This document shows, piece by piece, positions 42,170-51,914 of a DNA stretch of 64,000 nucleotides. The notes beneath the pieces were generated by a model, which saw only the letters and a program-made list of their open reading frames with translations, ran no database searches and had not been told where the DNA came from. The translations under genes were made by a program, and so were the position numbers. The DNA lies in NCBI GenBank assembly GCA_963843845.1, contig CAWJMB010000002.1, positions 3,392,001 through 3,456,000 of the forward strand, read 5' to 3'. Positions within the stretch are counted from its first letter, which is position 1; each line of letters begins with the position of its first letter. Origin of the DNA: an uncultured Gemmatimonadaceae bacterium (lineage in GTDB: Bacteria; Gemmatimonadota; Gemmatimonadetes; Gemmatimonadales; Gemmatimonadaceae).

Positions 42170-43458
42170 CTACGACACGACCGCGCCGGAAGTGCCAGCC
42201 GTGCCCGACGACGTGCCCGACGAGCCAGTGGTCCGGCCGAGCATCGTCGCGACGGCGAGGTCGCCGGTGACGTTCGTCGTCGTGCGGAACATGTCCGGGA
42301 TCGGATCGACGGCGATGAGGATCCCGATTCCTTCGATCGGCAGTCCGCCGGCGGCGAGCGCCGGAATGCTCGCGAGGATCGACCCGGCCGGCACGCCGGG
42401 ATGCTGAACGTCATCACGACGACCGTCGCCGCGACCGACAGCAGGCGCGTCGCATCGAGCTCGACGCCGTACAGCCGCGCGATGAACAGCACCCCGATCA
42501 CCTGCCCCACCGCTCCGCCGACGCGGAACGTCGACGCCGCGAGCGGCAGGAGAAAGCTCGTGACCGTCTCCGACAGCCGCAGCCGGTCGCGCGCCGTCTC
42601 GATCAACGCCGGCAGCGCGGCGAGCGACGACCGCGACGAGAACGCGACGGCCTGCGCGGGGAGGGCGGCGCGCGCGAACGCCGCAGGGGAGACCCGTCCG
42701 AACACCATCGCCGCCGGATACAGCACCAGGAACATGAACAGCGTCGTCGCGACCGCCGTGATCGCGACGTACGACGCGACCGCCCCCGCCGCCGACGCCC
42801 CCACGCGCACCGCGAGCGGCAGCGCCAGCGCGAACACCCCGATCGGCGCGAGCACGAGCACCCACCGCACGACGACGAGCGACGCCGCCGCGACCGCCGC
42901 GAAGAACCCGACGAGCGCCGCGCGCCGCGCGGGCTCGAGACGCGTCACGGCGAGCGCGAACACGAGGGTGAACAGGATGAGCGGCAGCATCGCGCCGTCG
43001 GCCGCCGCCTTCACCGGGTTCGCCGGCACGAGGTCGACGAGCCACTGCGCGAACGTGGGCACCTTCGCCGCCCCCTCGCGCGTCGCCGCGGCCGACGCGG
43101 CCGCCGTCGCGCGGAGCGCCTCGGTCGCGGCCGGCGAGAGCGGCAGGCGCGCCATGAACGGCGGCGCGACGAGCAGCGCGAACCCCGCTCCCGCCGCGAG
43201 CAGCGCGAGACACACCGCGAGCGCTCGTCCCCCGACCTGCCCGAGACGCCGCCCGTCCGGCGCCGCCGCCACGCCGACGACGAGACTCGCGACGACGAGC
43301 GGGATCACCGTCATCCGGATCGCGTTGATGAACAGCGTCCCGATCGGCTCGACCGCGAGCGCGGCCGCCCGAACCGTCGGCACGTCCGCCGCCGCGATCA
43401 CGGCGCCGAGCGCGAGGCCGGCGGCGAGCGCGAGCAGAACGCGGAGAGTGGGAGACAC
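42170..43458 (-). CDS. Dicarboxylate/amino acid:cation symporter (DAACS), frameshift near 42400
   Basis: GTLFINAIRMTVIPLVVASL, VPANP, AFSSRSSLAALP and DPIPDMFRTTTNVTGD. Confidence 0.92.
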
Positions 43459-43548
43459 GGCGGGCTGGCGGGGGAGAGTGGCGATGCGACAAGGTAGTAC
43501 GCTCGCGATCGAACGCGATCGTTCGGCAGCCCGCACTCCAGACGCCGC

Positions 43549-43851
43549 ATGACCAACGCACGAGATCCGCTCACGGCGGTGGAGGAGTTCCCGGGTGACG
43601 ATCCCGGATACGCGTGGTGGCGGAACACGCACCCGGCCGGGTACATCCTGGCCGTACGCGCGCGGCACCCGCCGATCGTCCACCGCGCGGGGTGCCGCGA
43701 CGTCGACCGGGACGCGCACCCGGGGCGGCTCCGCGCCGCGGGCAGCCGTCAGCTCTGCGCCGAGACGAAGCCGGCGCTCCGGGCGTGGGCGGGGCGGGAG
43801 GTGCCCGGGCACGGCATCACACTCGACCGGTGTCCGAAGTGCGCGCCGTGA
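43549..43851 (+). CDS. Small hypothetical protein, possibly zinc-binding
   Basis: DDPGYAWW...HPAGY, HRAGC, QLC and C-terminal CPKCAP. Confidence 0.6.
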   Translation: MTNARDPLTAVEEFPGDDPGYAWWRNTHPAGYILAVRARHPPIVHRAGCRDVDRDAHPGRLRAAGSRQLCAETKPALRAWAGREVPGHGITLDRCPKCAP

Positions 43852-43986
43852 TCCGCGGACCAGCGGCCGACCCGGTCCGCACCGTTCCGAGCGGTCCGAC
43901 TATCGCGAGTGGCCAGCGCTCGGGCGACGCCGACGTCGCAGGCGACGCGAGCGTCGCCATTACAGACAGCAGCCGGAGAGTGACCG

Positions 43987-44283
43987 ATGAGCGAGCACGC
44001 TGACCCGACCGCCGACGAGATCGGACCGATGACCGCGGTCGGGTTCACCGACGGACGCATCGACGTCGAGGCGTCGGAGCACACGATCGACTTCACGTAC
44101 GGCGGGACGCCGGTCCATGCGTACGTGGAGGGGTGGGCGGCCTACATGCCCAACGCGCCCTTCTGGCGCGTCTCCTTTCGCGGTGCCGACTTCGACGCCG
44201 GCGAAGCCAACCACGCCGACACGCCGGAAGCGATTCGCGACCGCATCGCCGAGCTGCTGCGCGCGACGCCGGCCGACCGATAG
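43987..44283 (+). CDS. Small acidic hypothetical protein
   Basis: 98-aa ORF with GC3-rich codons and GGAG upstream. Confidence 0.5.
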   Translation: MSEHADPTADEIGPMTAVGFTDGRIDVEASEHTIDFTYGGTPVHAYVEGWAAYMPNAPFWRVSFRGADFDAGEANHADTPEAIRDRIAELLRATPADR

Positions 44284-44415
44284 CTCGCCGACATGGTGTC
44301 TCCCGAACGCGAACGGTCCTCCGCCTGAGCGAAGGACCGTTCTCGCGCCTGACATCCGGCGTTCCGTGCCCGAGCCGGTGCCCGAGCGGGCCTCGGACGC
44401 GAGCTGGGGGGTGAG

Positions 44416-44487
44416 AGGTACCGGCGAGAATCGAACTCGCGAATAGCGGTTTTGCAGACCGCTGCCTTACCACTTGGCTACGGTACC
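44416..44487 (-). tRNA. tRNA-Cys (GCA)
   Basis: Minus strand reads GGTACCG-TA-GCCAAGTGGTAAGGC-A-GCGGT-CTGCAAA-ACCGC-TATTC-GCGAG-TTCGATT-CTCGC-CGGTACC-T; CCA not encoded. Confidence 0.97.
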
Positions 44488-44609
44488 ACGACCCGGCCGA
44501 GCGATCGGCCCGGGCTGCGTAACTTGCTCCTCGACGCCCTTCGGTTCAACCCCTCGCCGACTCGACGTCGAGTCGGCGGGGCACGCTGAGTGCCACCATA
44601 TTCGTTCGC

Positions 44610-45440
44610 GTGTCGACCCGTCTCTCCCTCAACGCCACCGTCGCGACCGCCGCACGCCACCTGCGCGACCTCCGCGCGGCGATCGGCGTCGTGCTGCTCG
44701 GCGGCGCGCTCGTCGCCGCGGCAGGGATCGCGCTCTTCGCCTGGCTCGCCGCGGACGTCGTCCGTGGCCGCACGCAGGCGCTCGACGAGTGGGTCCTCAC
44801 GGCGCTCGGCGCGTACCAGACGCCGTGGGCCATGGCGACGATGGTCGAGATCACCCTCCTCGGGACCGGTACGGTCGTCGTCACGATCGCCAGCATCGCG
44901 GCACTGTTTCTCGCGTTGACGCGACACCGCCACTCCGCGCTGCTGCTGCTCCTGTCGACCGTCGGCGCACTGGTGCTCAACAGCCTGCTGAAAGCGGCGT
45001 TCGACCGGCCGCGCCCGCACGTGTTCACCTGGGGGACGCAGGTGGTGACGACGTCGTTCCCGTCCGGCCACGCGATGAGCGGGGCCGCGGTCTACGCGAC
45101 GATCGCCTTCCTCGCCACCCGCCTGCAGCGCCGCCGTCGCCACCGCGTCGCGACGTTGACGGTCGCGGCGCTCCTCATCCTCCTCATCGCCTTCAGCCGC
45201 GTCTACCTCGGCGTGCACTATCCGAGCGATGTCGCGGCAGGGATCGCGGTCGGATGGGCGTGGGCGGCGTTCTGCGTCGCGACCCTCGAGGCGGCGCATC
45301 TCGTGCGCCGCCGGCGGCGAGGACGACACGCCTCGACGCGGACGCGGGCGCACGCCAGCGGCGCCCCCCTCGACGGCCCCCGCCGCGCGCCGGTCGACTA
45401 CGCCGTCGGACCGACGAACCGATCGAACAGCCGCTCGTAG
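44610..45440 (+). CDS. PAP2 family membrane phosphatase
   Basis: KAAFDRPRP, SFPSGHA and SRVYLGVHYPSDV. Confidence 0.92.
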   Translation: MSTRLSLNATVATAARHLRDLRAAIGVVLLGGALVAAAGIALFAWLAADVVRGRTQALDEWVLTALGAYQTPWAMATMVEITLLGTGTVVVTIASIAALFLALTRHRHSALLLLLSTVGALVLNSLLKAAFDRPRPHVFTWGTQVVTTSFPSGHAMSGAAVYATIAFLATRLQRRRRHRVATLTVAALLILLIAFSRVYLGVHYPSDVAAGIAVGWAWAAFCVATLEAAHLVRRRRRGRHASTRTRAHASGAPLDGPRRAPVDYAVGPTNRSNSRS

Positions 45441-45874
45441 TACGTCGCTTCGTCGACGGCGCGGTCACCTCCCGGCGACGCGCCCTGCGCCGCGTCCTCC
45501 TGGGATGCGCGGAGCGCGATGGCAGCGCGCGCGCACCCCGCCTCGTTCTCGACGAACAGACGCGTCAGGGCGTCGGCCTGGTCGCGAACGAGCGAGTCAC
45601 CGGCCCGCGAGTCGGCGTCGGCGCGCGCGGCGATCTCGTCGACGAGCTCCCGCACGCCGCTCACACTCGCTCCCGCCACGAGCAGTTGCATCAGCGCCGC
45701 GCGCGGCGACAGCTCACCGTCGAGACAGCGAACGAGCACGCGTCGGGTGGCAGCGTTCCCCAGCCCGTCGGTGAGACGACTGACCAGCTCCGCCTCGATC
45801 CCCTCGCGTCCCGGCTGGTCGCGGTGCAGCTCGCGCCGCGCACCTTGACGCGCGTCAGGAAACGGCGTCGTCAT
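45398..45874 (-). CDS. Hypothetical helical protein
   Basis: Protein-like ORF (RCLDGELSPRAALMQLL...YYERLFD) convergent with PAP2. Confidence 0.5.
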   Translation of the reverse strand: MTTPFPDARQGARRELHRDQPGREGIEAELVSRLTDGLGNAATRRVLVRCLDGELSPRAALMQLLVAGASVSGVRELVDEIAARADADSRAGDSLVRDQADALTRLFVENEAGCARAAIALRASQEDAAQGASPGGDRAVDEATYYERLFDRFVGPTA

Positions 45875-46073
45875 ACGGACTCGCTCGCGACCATCGCTCT
45901 CTCCTCCCGCTCGATTCGCTGACGCGACGCTCCGGCGCCTCGTCGACGTCACCCCGCCGACGCGCAGCGAGCACAGGGCATGCCGCCGCGACCGATCGCC
46001 GCCCCGAAGTTCCGACACCCACGCCCGGCGGCCACCGCCGTACCGACGATCGCCCCCGTCCGATGGACACGCC

Positions 46074-47294
46074 CTACCGACGATCGCCCCCGCCCCCGCC
46101 CCCGCCCCGCCGCGCGAGCAGCGCCCGCACCTGGTCGAGCGGAATCGCCTCGACCGTTCCCCCGCGCGACGTGACCGTCGTCGCCGCGAACAGGGAATCG
46201 TAGATCGCCTCCTCGGTCGCCTCCACCGCCGCCGCGAACACGGCCGACAGCTCCGCGCCGTCGTTCGCCAGCTCGGCCGTCGTCGTGCGCGGCGCGGTCG
46301 TCGTCCGTCGCACCGCTGGCGCCGTCGAGAACGCGATCACGTAGTCCCCGGACCCGTTCGACGCGTACGACCCCGTGCGGCCGAGTCCGAGCAACGCGCG
46401 CGCGGCGAGACGGCGCAGATTGCGGTCGCCCAACGGCGCGTTCGTCGTGACGACCATGACGATCGACCCGTCGGCGGTCGCGTCACCCCCCGCAGCCTCG
46501 TCGCGACGCGCCGTGTCGCCGAGCGCCCGAACGAACGGATGCCGGCCTGACGCCTTGCCGATCGGTGCGCCGTCGACTTGCAGCACTCCGCCGAAGTTGC
46601 TCTGCACGAGCACGCCGACCGTCCACCCGCCCAACGACGGCGGGAGCTGGCGCGACGACGTGCCGATCCCCCCTTTCCACCCGAACGCGACCGTCCCCGC
46701 GCCGGCACCGACGCTCCCCTCGGCGACCGGCCCGCTCGTCGCGGACTCGAGTGCGGCGCGCACGTGCTCGGCGCGGATCGGACGACTGCGGATCGCGACG
46801 TTCAGCTGCCCGTCGTTCGTCTCGGCGACGACGGGGTTGATCGATCGGACGCGCTCCATCCCTGGCCGCGCGAGCAGCCACTCGACCATGGCGTCGGCCG
46901 CACGCCAGACGCACAGCGTGCAGGTGAGCAGCAGCGGCGTCTCGATCTCGCCGAGCTCGTTCACCTGCGTGCTGCCTAACAGTTTGCCGAACCCGTTCCC
47001 GACGACGATCGCCGCCGGCACGCGGTCGGTGAACCACCGATCGCCGGGCGGGAGGATCGCCGTGACGCCGGTCCGCACGCTGTCCCCCTCGATCACGGTC
47101 GTCTGCCCGACGCGCACGCCGTCGACGTCGGTGATCGCGTTCCAGCGCCCGGGCGCGAACACGCCGGGCGCGACGCCGAGGTCGCGCGCGCGAGCCCGCC
47201 CCGGCGCGACCGTCGGCCCGGGTTGGGCGGCGAGCGCGCCCCCGAGACAGAGCGACGCAACGCCGAGATGGTGGAAACTCTTGATCGATACCAT
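46074..47294 (-). CDS. P1/S58 family aminopeptidase (DmpA-like); start uncertain
   Basis: RARDLG, NAITDVDGVRVGQTT, NGFGKLLGSTQ, EGSVGAGAG, KGGIGTSSR, DGSI and NGSGD. Confidence 0.92.
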   Translation of the reverse strand: MVSIKSFHHLGVASLCLGGALAAQPGPTVAPGRARARDLGVAPGVFAPGRWNAITDVDGVRVGQTTVIEGDSVRTGVTAILPPGDRWFTDRVPAAIVVGNGFGKLLGSTQVNELGEIETPLLLTCTLCVWRAADAMVEWLLARPGMERVRSINPVVAETNDGQLNVAIRSRPIRAEHVRAALESATSGPVAEGSVGAGAGTVAFGWKGGIGTSSRQLPPSLGGWTVGVLVQSNFGGVLQVDGAPIGKASGRHPFVRALGDTARRDEAAGGDATADGSIVMVVTTNAPLGDRNLRRLAARALLGLGRTGSYASNGSGDYVIAFSTAPAVRRTTTAPRTTTAELANDGAELSAVFAAAVEATEEAIYDSLFAATTVTSRGGTVEAIPLDQVRALLARRGGGGGGGDRR

Positions 47295-47313
47295 CGCTCA
47301 CCGAGTGCGAGTC

Positions 47314-47580
47314 ATGTCCTCGAAACCAGCGGCCGCGAAGACGGCGAAACTGTTCGAGCACGGGCGGAGCCAGGCCGTGCGCCTCCCCAAAGAGTTCCGC
47401 TTCTCGGGAGATCGCGTGCAGATCCGGCGCGAAGGACGCGCCGTGATCTTGGAGCCGATGTTCCCCGACGTCGACGCCTGGTTCGCCGCGCTCGACCGAT
47501 TCGGCGACACGGGGTTCTTGGAAGATGGGCGCAATCAGCCGCCGACGCCTCCGTCGCGCGTCGACTTCGACGCGGAATGA
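47314..47580 (+). CDS. vapB: VapB-like AbrB-fold antitoxin
   Basis: TAKLFEHGRSQAVRLPKEFRF. Confidence 0.9.
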   Translation: MSSKPAAAKTAKLFEHGRSQAVRLPKEFRFSGDRVQIRREGRAVILEPMFPDVDAWFAALDRFGDTGFLEDGRNQPPTPPSRVDFDAE

Positions 47581-48002
47581 CGACATCCCTGCTCGACACG
47601 AGCGCCGTCGTCGCCATCATTCGCGGTCGGCCTCTCATCGCGCGCGACCGGCTACGCACGGCGATCGTCGCCGGCGACGACGTCGTCGTCTCGAGCGTCG
47701 TCACCTACGACCTGTGGTACGGCGTCGCGCGCGGCGCGAGAGGCGAGGAGAATGCGCGCCTGCTTCGCGACTTCCTCGCGAATGATGCCGTCGTGTGGTC
47801 GTTCACCGAAGACGACGCGGTCGACGCGGGTGCGCTCCGCGCCGAGTCGGAGAGCGCCGGCACTCCCATCGAGCCGTACGACGTCTTGATCGCCGCCCAG
47901 GCGCGCCGTCACGGCGCGACCGTCGTCACCGCGAACACGCGTGCGTTCGTCCGGGTGCCGGACCTCGTCTTCGAGGACTGGACGCGGACGGCGAGTGCCT
48001 AA
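47577..48002 (+). CDS. vapC: VapC PIN-domain toxin
   Basis: LLDTS, GTPIEPYDVLIAAQA and VVTANTRAF; ATGA overlap with vapB. Confidence 0.9.
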   Translation: MTTSLLDTSAVVAIIRGRPLIARDRLRTAIVAGDDVVVSSVVTYDLWYGVARGARGEENARLLRDFLANDAVVWSFTEDDAVDAGALRAESESAGTPIEPYDVLIAAQARRHGATVVTANTRAFVRVPDLVFEDWTRTASA

Positions 48003-48346
48003 CGCCCCGGACAGATGATGAAGGCGCGGCGACGTCGTGTGCGTCCCTCCGGGCGTACCGACGCGACGTCCTTCGCGATCGCGTGGAGGAAGATCGGTAG
48101 GCGGGGTGTCTGGCTCCCACTCTGGCTAGCGCGGCCTGGTGTTCATGTCGAAATCCTCGTGGACGACGGTTGGACGCTCGACCGTGAAACTCCGACGTGC
48201 CTGGACGCGAGCGTACGGCATGCGTGGCGGCGCCCGGCCTGGAGGTGCTGCGTCTCATGAGTCTCATCGCGCACAGGTGAGCAGCGCGGCGCCGACCGGC
48301 GCGCCAGGCCACGACCGTCCGCATCACCTCGTCCGCCGTGCCGACT

Positions 48347-48435
48347 CCGCATCACCGCACGTCACCGCCGTCCCCACCGGCGTCCCCACCGCCGTCCCAA
48401 CGCGGTGCGAACGGCAGTGACGTGCGGTGATGCGG
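48347..48435. repeat. Intergenic hairpin with 19-bp perfect arms enclosing 12-bp tandem units
   Basis: ccgcatcaccgcacgtcac (48347-48365) pairs with gtgacgtgcggtgatgcgg (48417-48435); the loop has about three ccgccgtcccca-like units. Confidence 0.75.
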
Positions 48436-48475
48436 GGTGGGCACCGCGGACGGGGGGGACCGGTGAAAGGATGAT

Positions 48476-50008
48476 CTACACCACCTTCGCCTTCCACGCC
48501 CCCCGCCGGAACAGCACCGCCGCGGCGACGGCCAGCAGCGAGAACGACGCCGCGATCGCGACGTACACCCCGCTCGGCCCCATCCCGAGCGGGCGCGCGA
48601 GCACCCACGCGACCGGGATCCCGAACACCCAGAACGCGCCGAGGTTGAGCAGCGTCGGCGTGCGCGTGTCGCCCGCCCCGTTGAACGCCGCCGTGAGCAC
48701 CATCCCGAACGCGTAGAACACGAAGCCGCTCGCGACGATGCGCAGACAGGCGACGCCGTAGCGCGCGACCGCCGCGTCCGCCGTGAACGGCGACACGATC
48801 TGCGGCGCCGCGGCGATGAACACCACGCCGATCACACCGAGGAAGGCGAGGTTGTAGAACCCCGTCCGCCACACCGCCGCCTCCGCGCGCGCCGGGTCCT
48901 TCGCGCCTAACGCCTGGCCGACGAGCGTCGCCGCAGCGTTGCTCAGCCCCCACGACGGCAGCAGCGCGAACAGCACGACGCGGATGCCGATCGTGTAGCC
49001 GGCGACCGCGAGACTGCCGAAGCCGGCGACGATCCGCACGAGCCCGATCCAGCTCGCCGTACCGATGAGCGACTGCAACGTCGCCGAGCTGCCGATCCGC
49101 AGGATCTGTCGGATGACGTCATCGTTCACCCGCACATGCCGCCGCGCGACCGTCACGCGCCCCGGCCGCGTGAGCCGCCAGATCGCGAACGCCGCCCCCG
49201 TGCTCCGCCCGATCGTCGTCGCCACGGCCGCGCCGGTGACGCCGAGCGCCGGGAACGGCCCCAGGCCGAAGATGAGACAGGGACCGAGCAGGATGTTGAT
49301 CGCGTTCGCCAGCCAGAGCACGCGCATCGCGATCGCCGCGTCGCCCGCGCCGCGGAACACGGCGTTCACGACGAACAACGTGATGACCGAGACCTCTCCG
49401 CCGAGCATCACGCGCGCGTACGTCGAGCCGATCGCGAGCACCCCCGGCGACGCGCCCATCATCGCCAGCAGCGTCGGGGCGAGGATGACCCCGACGACGC
49501 CCAACACGACCGACACGGCGAGCCCGAGAACGATCGCCTGCACCGCGCTCTCCGCCGCGCGCTCCGCGTCGTTCTCGCCGATGCGACGCGCCACGACCGC
49601 CGTCGCACCGATCGCGATCCCCATCGCGATGGCGTAGATGACCGTGAGCAGCGACTCGGTGAGCCCGACAGTCGAGACCGCGTCGGCGCCGAGTCGGCTG
49701 ACGAAGAACACGTCGGTCACGGCGAAGACGCTCTCCATGGCCATCTCGAGCACCATCGGCACGGCGAGCAGGAGGATCGCGCGCCCGACGGGTCCCTTCG
49801 TGTAGTCGTGCTCGACGCCTTTCAGCGCGTCGCGCACGCCAGACCAGAAGCCGGGGTCGTGCGACCCCGGCGGGTCAGGCGGAGGCGCGGTCGGCGGCAC
49901 CCGCTCGGGGCGATCGGCGAGCCGGGGGTCGCTCATGCGGAACGTGGTGGGCGCGAGCGCGGGGAACTGCTCGAACGACTCGAAGATCTCGAACGACGTG
50001 GTCGACAT
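48476..50008 (-). CDS. MATE family efflux transporter
   Basis: LAVPMVLEMAMES, FRGAGDA, NILLGPCLIFG and FNGAGDT; AGGAG RBS before ATG 50008. Confidence 0.92.
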   Translation of the reverse strand: MSTTSFEIFESFEQFPALAPTTFRMSDPRLADRPERVPPTAPPPDPPGSHDPGFWSGVRDALKGVEHDYTKGPVGRAILLLAVPMVLEMAMESVFAVTDVFFVSRLGADAVSTVGLTESLLTVIYAIAMGIAIGATAVVARRIGENDAERAAESAVQAIVLGLAVSVVLGVVGVILAPTLLAMMGASPGVLAIGSTYARVMLGGEVSVITLFVVNAVFRGAGDAAIAMRVLWLANAINILLGPCLIFGLGPFPALGVTGAAVATTIGRSTGAAFAIWRLTRPGRVTVARRHVRVNDDVIRQILRIGSSATLQSLIGTASWIGLVRIVAGFGSLAVAGYTIGIRVVLFALLPSWGLSNAAATLVGQALGAKDPARAEAAVWRTGFYNLAFLGVIGVVFIAAAPQIVSPFTADAAVARYGVACLRIVASGFVFYAFGMVLTAAFNGAGDTRTPTLLNLGAFWVFGIPVAWVLARPLGMGPSGVYVAIAASFSLLAVAAAVLFRRGAWKAKVV

Positions 50009-50037
50009 GAACGCACTCCTGCCAGGCATCGGGAAAC

Positions 50038-50080
50038 GAGTCGCCCCACCTGGCCCGGTTCGGCACAGGTGGGGCGACTC
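50038..50080 (-). terminator. Strong hairpin (15-bp arms) just upstream of the MATE RBS; terminator or attenuator candidate
   Basis: GAGTCGCCCCACCTG and CAGGTGGGGCGACTC, followed on the minus strand by GTTTCC. Confidence 0.55.
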
Positions 50081-50381
50081 TCGACGCGGAGCAGGGCGCG
50101 GTCAGTCGCGCCTGAGGTCCTGAGTCCCTGTGCGGCCAGCGCTGCGGCGCGCGACGACGTCGACGCGCGCGATCCACGTCGACGTCGGCGCGAACGGCCG
50201 GGCGGCGACGTGGTCGGGAGCGAAGGCGGAGAGACGCATCAGTCGGTCGAACGGGGAACGAGCAGGCGACGGGCGGGCCCCGGTCGGGGTGCCGATCGCG
50301 GAGGGCGCACGGTAGAGGATACTCGGCACCGCGTCAAGTCGTCACGGGGCGCGACGAGACGGCTCGACGAGGCTCGAAGCG

Positions 50382-50678
50382 TCACTGTTCTTTCACGAAC
50401 CACGCTCTCGGTCCGGAGAAGTCGAACACGAGCACGTCGCCCTCCCCGCGCGCGAACGTCGTCGTCGTGGCGTGCGGATGCTCGGGATTGTCGGTGCGGA
50501 GCACGTCGGCGTCGACCGAGTAGACGAGGCGCACGACGTGCTCGTGCCCCTCGACGACGATCGTGTAGAGCAGTCGCCCGCCGGATTGGAACTCCATGCG
50601 CACCCCGGGCGCGAAGTCGAGCGCCGCGTCGGCCCGCAGCAGGCGCCACGTCCCGAGGAGCCAGTCGGGGGTCGTCAC
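50382..50678 (-). CDS. Small beta-rich hypothetical protein (lipocalin-like LLGTW start)
   Basis: VTTPDWLLGTWRLL...; GTGA overlap with the AI-2E stop. Confidence 0.65.
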   Translation of the reverse strand: MTTPDWLLGTWRLLRADAALDFAPGVRMEFQSGGRLLYTIVVEGHEHVVRLVYSVDADVLRTDNPEHPHATTTTFARGEGDVLVFDFSGPRAWFVKEQ

Positions 50679-51877
50679 GTGCGTGCCACCCACCGCCGCT
50701 CGCGCTCGTCGCGCTGGCCGAGGAACTCGCCGAACGCCGCGAACGGGGCCGCGTGGTCGCAGACGATCTTGATCGCGGCGAGGATCGGCACGGCGACGAA
50801 GGCCCCCGGCACGCCCCAGACCCACCACCAGAACGCGATCCCGACGAAGATCGCGACCGGGTTCAGCGTCAGCCGATGGCCGAGCAGCGTCGGCGACACG
50901 ATGTTGCCCTGCACCAGGTTGATCGCGAGAAAGCTCCCCGGCACGAGCAACGCGTGCGGCACGCTGTCGAACGTCGCGAGCGCAGCGAGCGTGAGCACCA
51001 TCACCATGACCGTCGCGCCGAGGAACGGCACGAACTCGACCAGCGTGACGAGGGCGCCCCAGAACAGCGCGTTGGGCATCCCGAGCAACGCCAGCACGCC
51101 GGCGACGAGCAGCCCTTCGACGACGTTGATCGCGGCGGTCGTCAGCAGATACGTCGAGATCGACGCTTCGATCTCGCGCGCGATGAGCACGACGGCCTGC
51201 TTGTCCTCCTCGCGCGGAATCACCTTCACGAGCTTCTGCACGAACAGATCGCCCGACGCGAGCAGGAAGTAGAGCAGGATCGCCACCTCCAGGATCCCGG
51301 CGAGCAGCTTCTGTGTCGTCCCGAACACGCGCGACACGATGCTCGGCCCCTTCACGACCACCTCGGTCGTGCGACCGCTCGGCGCCGGGGACGTGGCTCG
51401 CTCGACCTGCTCCGCCGTGCGCTGCACCTGCTGCACCGGCCGCAGGATCCGCCGCACCTTCGCCTGCGCGGTCGCGACGGCCGACGGGGCCTGGGTCGCC
51501 CACCGCTGCACCGGGTCCGACAGCTCGTAGACGGCGAGCGACACCGTCGCGATGAGTCCGAGCACGACGATCCCCGCGCCGAGCGGGATCGGCACCCGAA
51601 GCCGCGACAGGGCGCGGACCACGGGGCTCAGCAGAAAGTCGAGCAGCAGCGCGATGACGATCGGCAGGAGAAAGTCGCGCGCGAAGTAGAGCGTGTAGAG
51701 CACCGCGAGGATGCTCAGGATCGTGAGCGCCGTCGAGCGGCCGCGGGCGCTCGTGAGCATGCGGCCGGTGCGCGCGAGGTCGGGCGTCGGCGCCGTATCG
51801 GTCGCCCGCGTCGCGCGTGCGTTCGGATCGACGTCGGGCGTGAGCACCGACGTCGCAGTGGTGTCAGGGGCACTCAT
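50675..51877 (-). CDS. AI-2E family transporter
   Basis: LLPIVIALLLDFLLSPVV, EFVPFLG, QGNIVSPTLLG and LNPVAIF...WGVPGAFVAVP. Confidence 0.9.
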   Translation of the reverse strand: MSAPDTTATSVLTPDVDPNARATRATDTAPTPDLARTGRMLTSARGRSTALTILSILAVLYTLYFARDFLLPIVIALLLDFLLSPVVRALSRLRVPIPLGAGIVVLGLIATVSLAVYELSDPVQRWATQAPSAVATAQAKVRRILRPVQQVQRTAEQVERATSPAPSGRTTEVVVKGPSIVSRVFGTTQKLLAGILEVAILLYFLLASGDLFVQKLVKVIPREEDKQAVVLIAREIEASISTYLLTTAAINVVEGLLVAGVLALLGMPNALFWGALVTLVEFVPFLGATVMVMVLTLAALATFDSVPHALLVPGSFLAINLVQGNIVSPTLLGHRLTLNPVAIFVGIAFWWWVWGVPGAFVAVPILAAIKIVCDHAAPFAAFGEFLGQRDERERRWVART

Positions 51878-51914
51878 GACGTGCTGGCTTCGGCAAGGCA
51901 GAGGCCAGGGTGCG

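Noticed and set aside
41203..43812. Apparent symporter-GTPase fusion (869-aa ORF)
   Set aside because: An indel near 42400 shifts the symporter into the GTPase frame. The true symporter C-terminus (DPIPDMFRT) lies in another frame and ends at 42170.
48015..48260. Short ORF downstream of vapC
   Set aside because: No recognisable motif and weak codon bias; it may be a remnant but cannot be supported.
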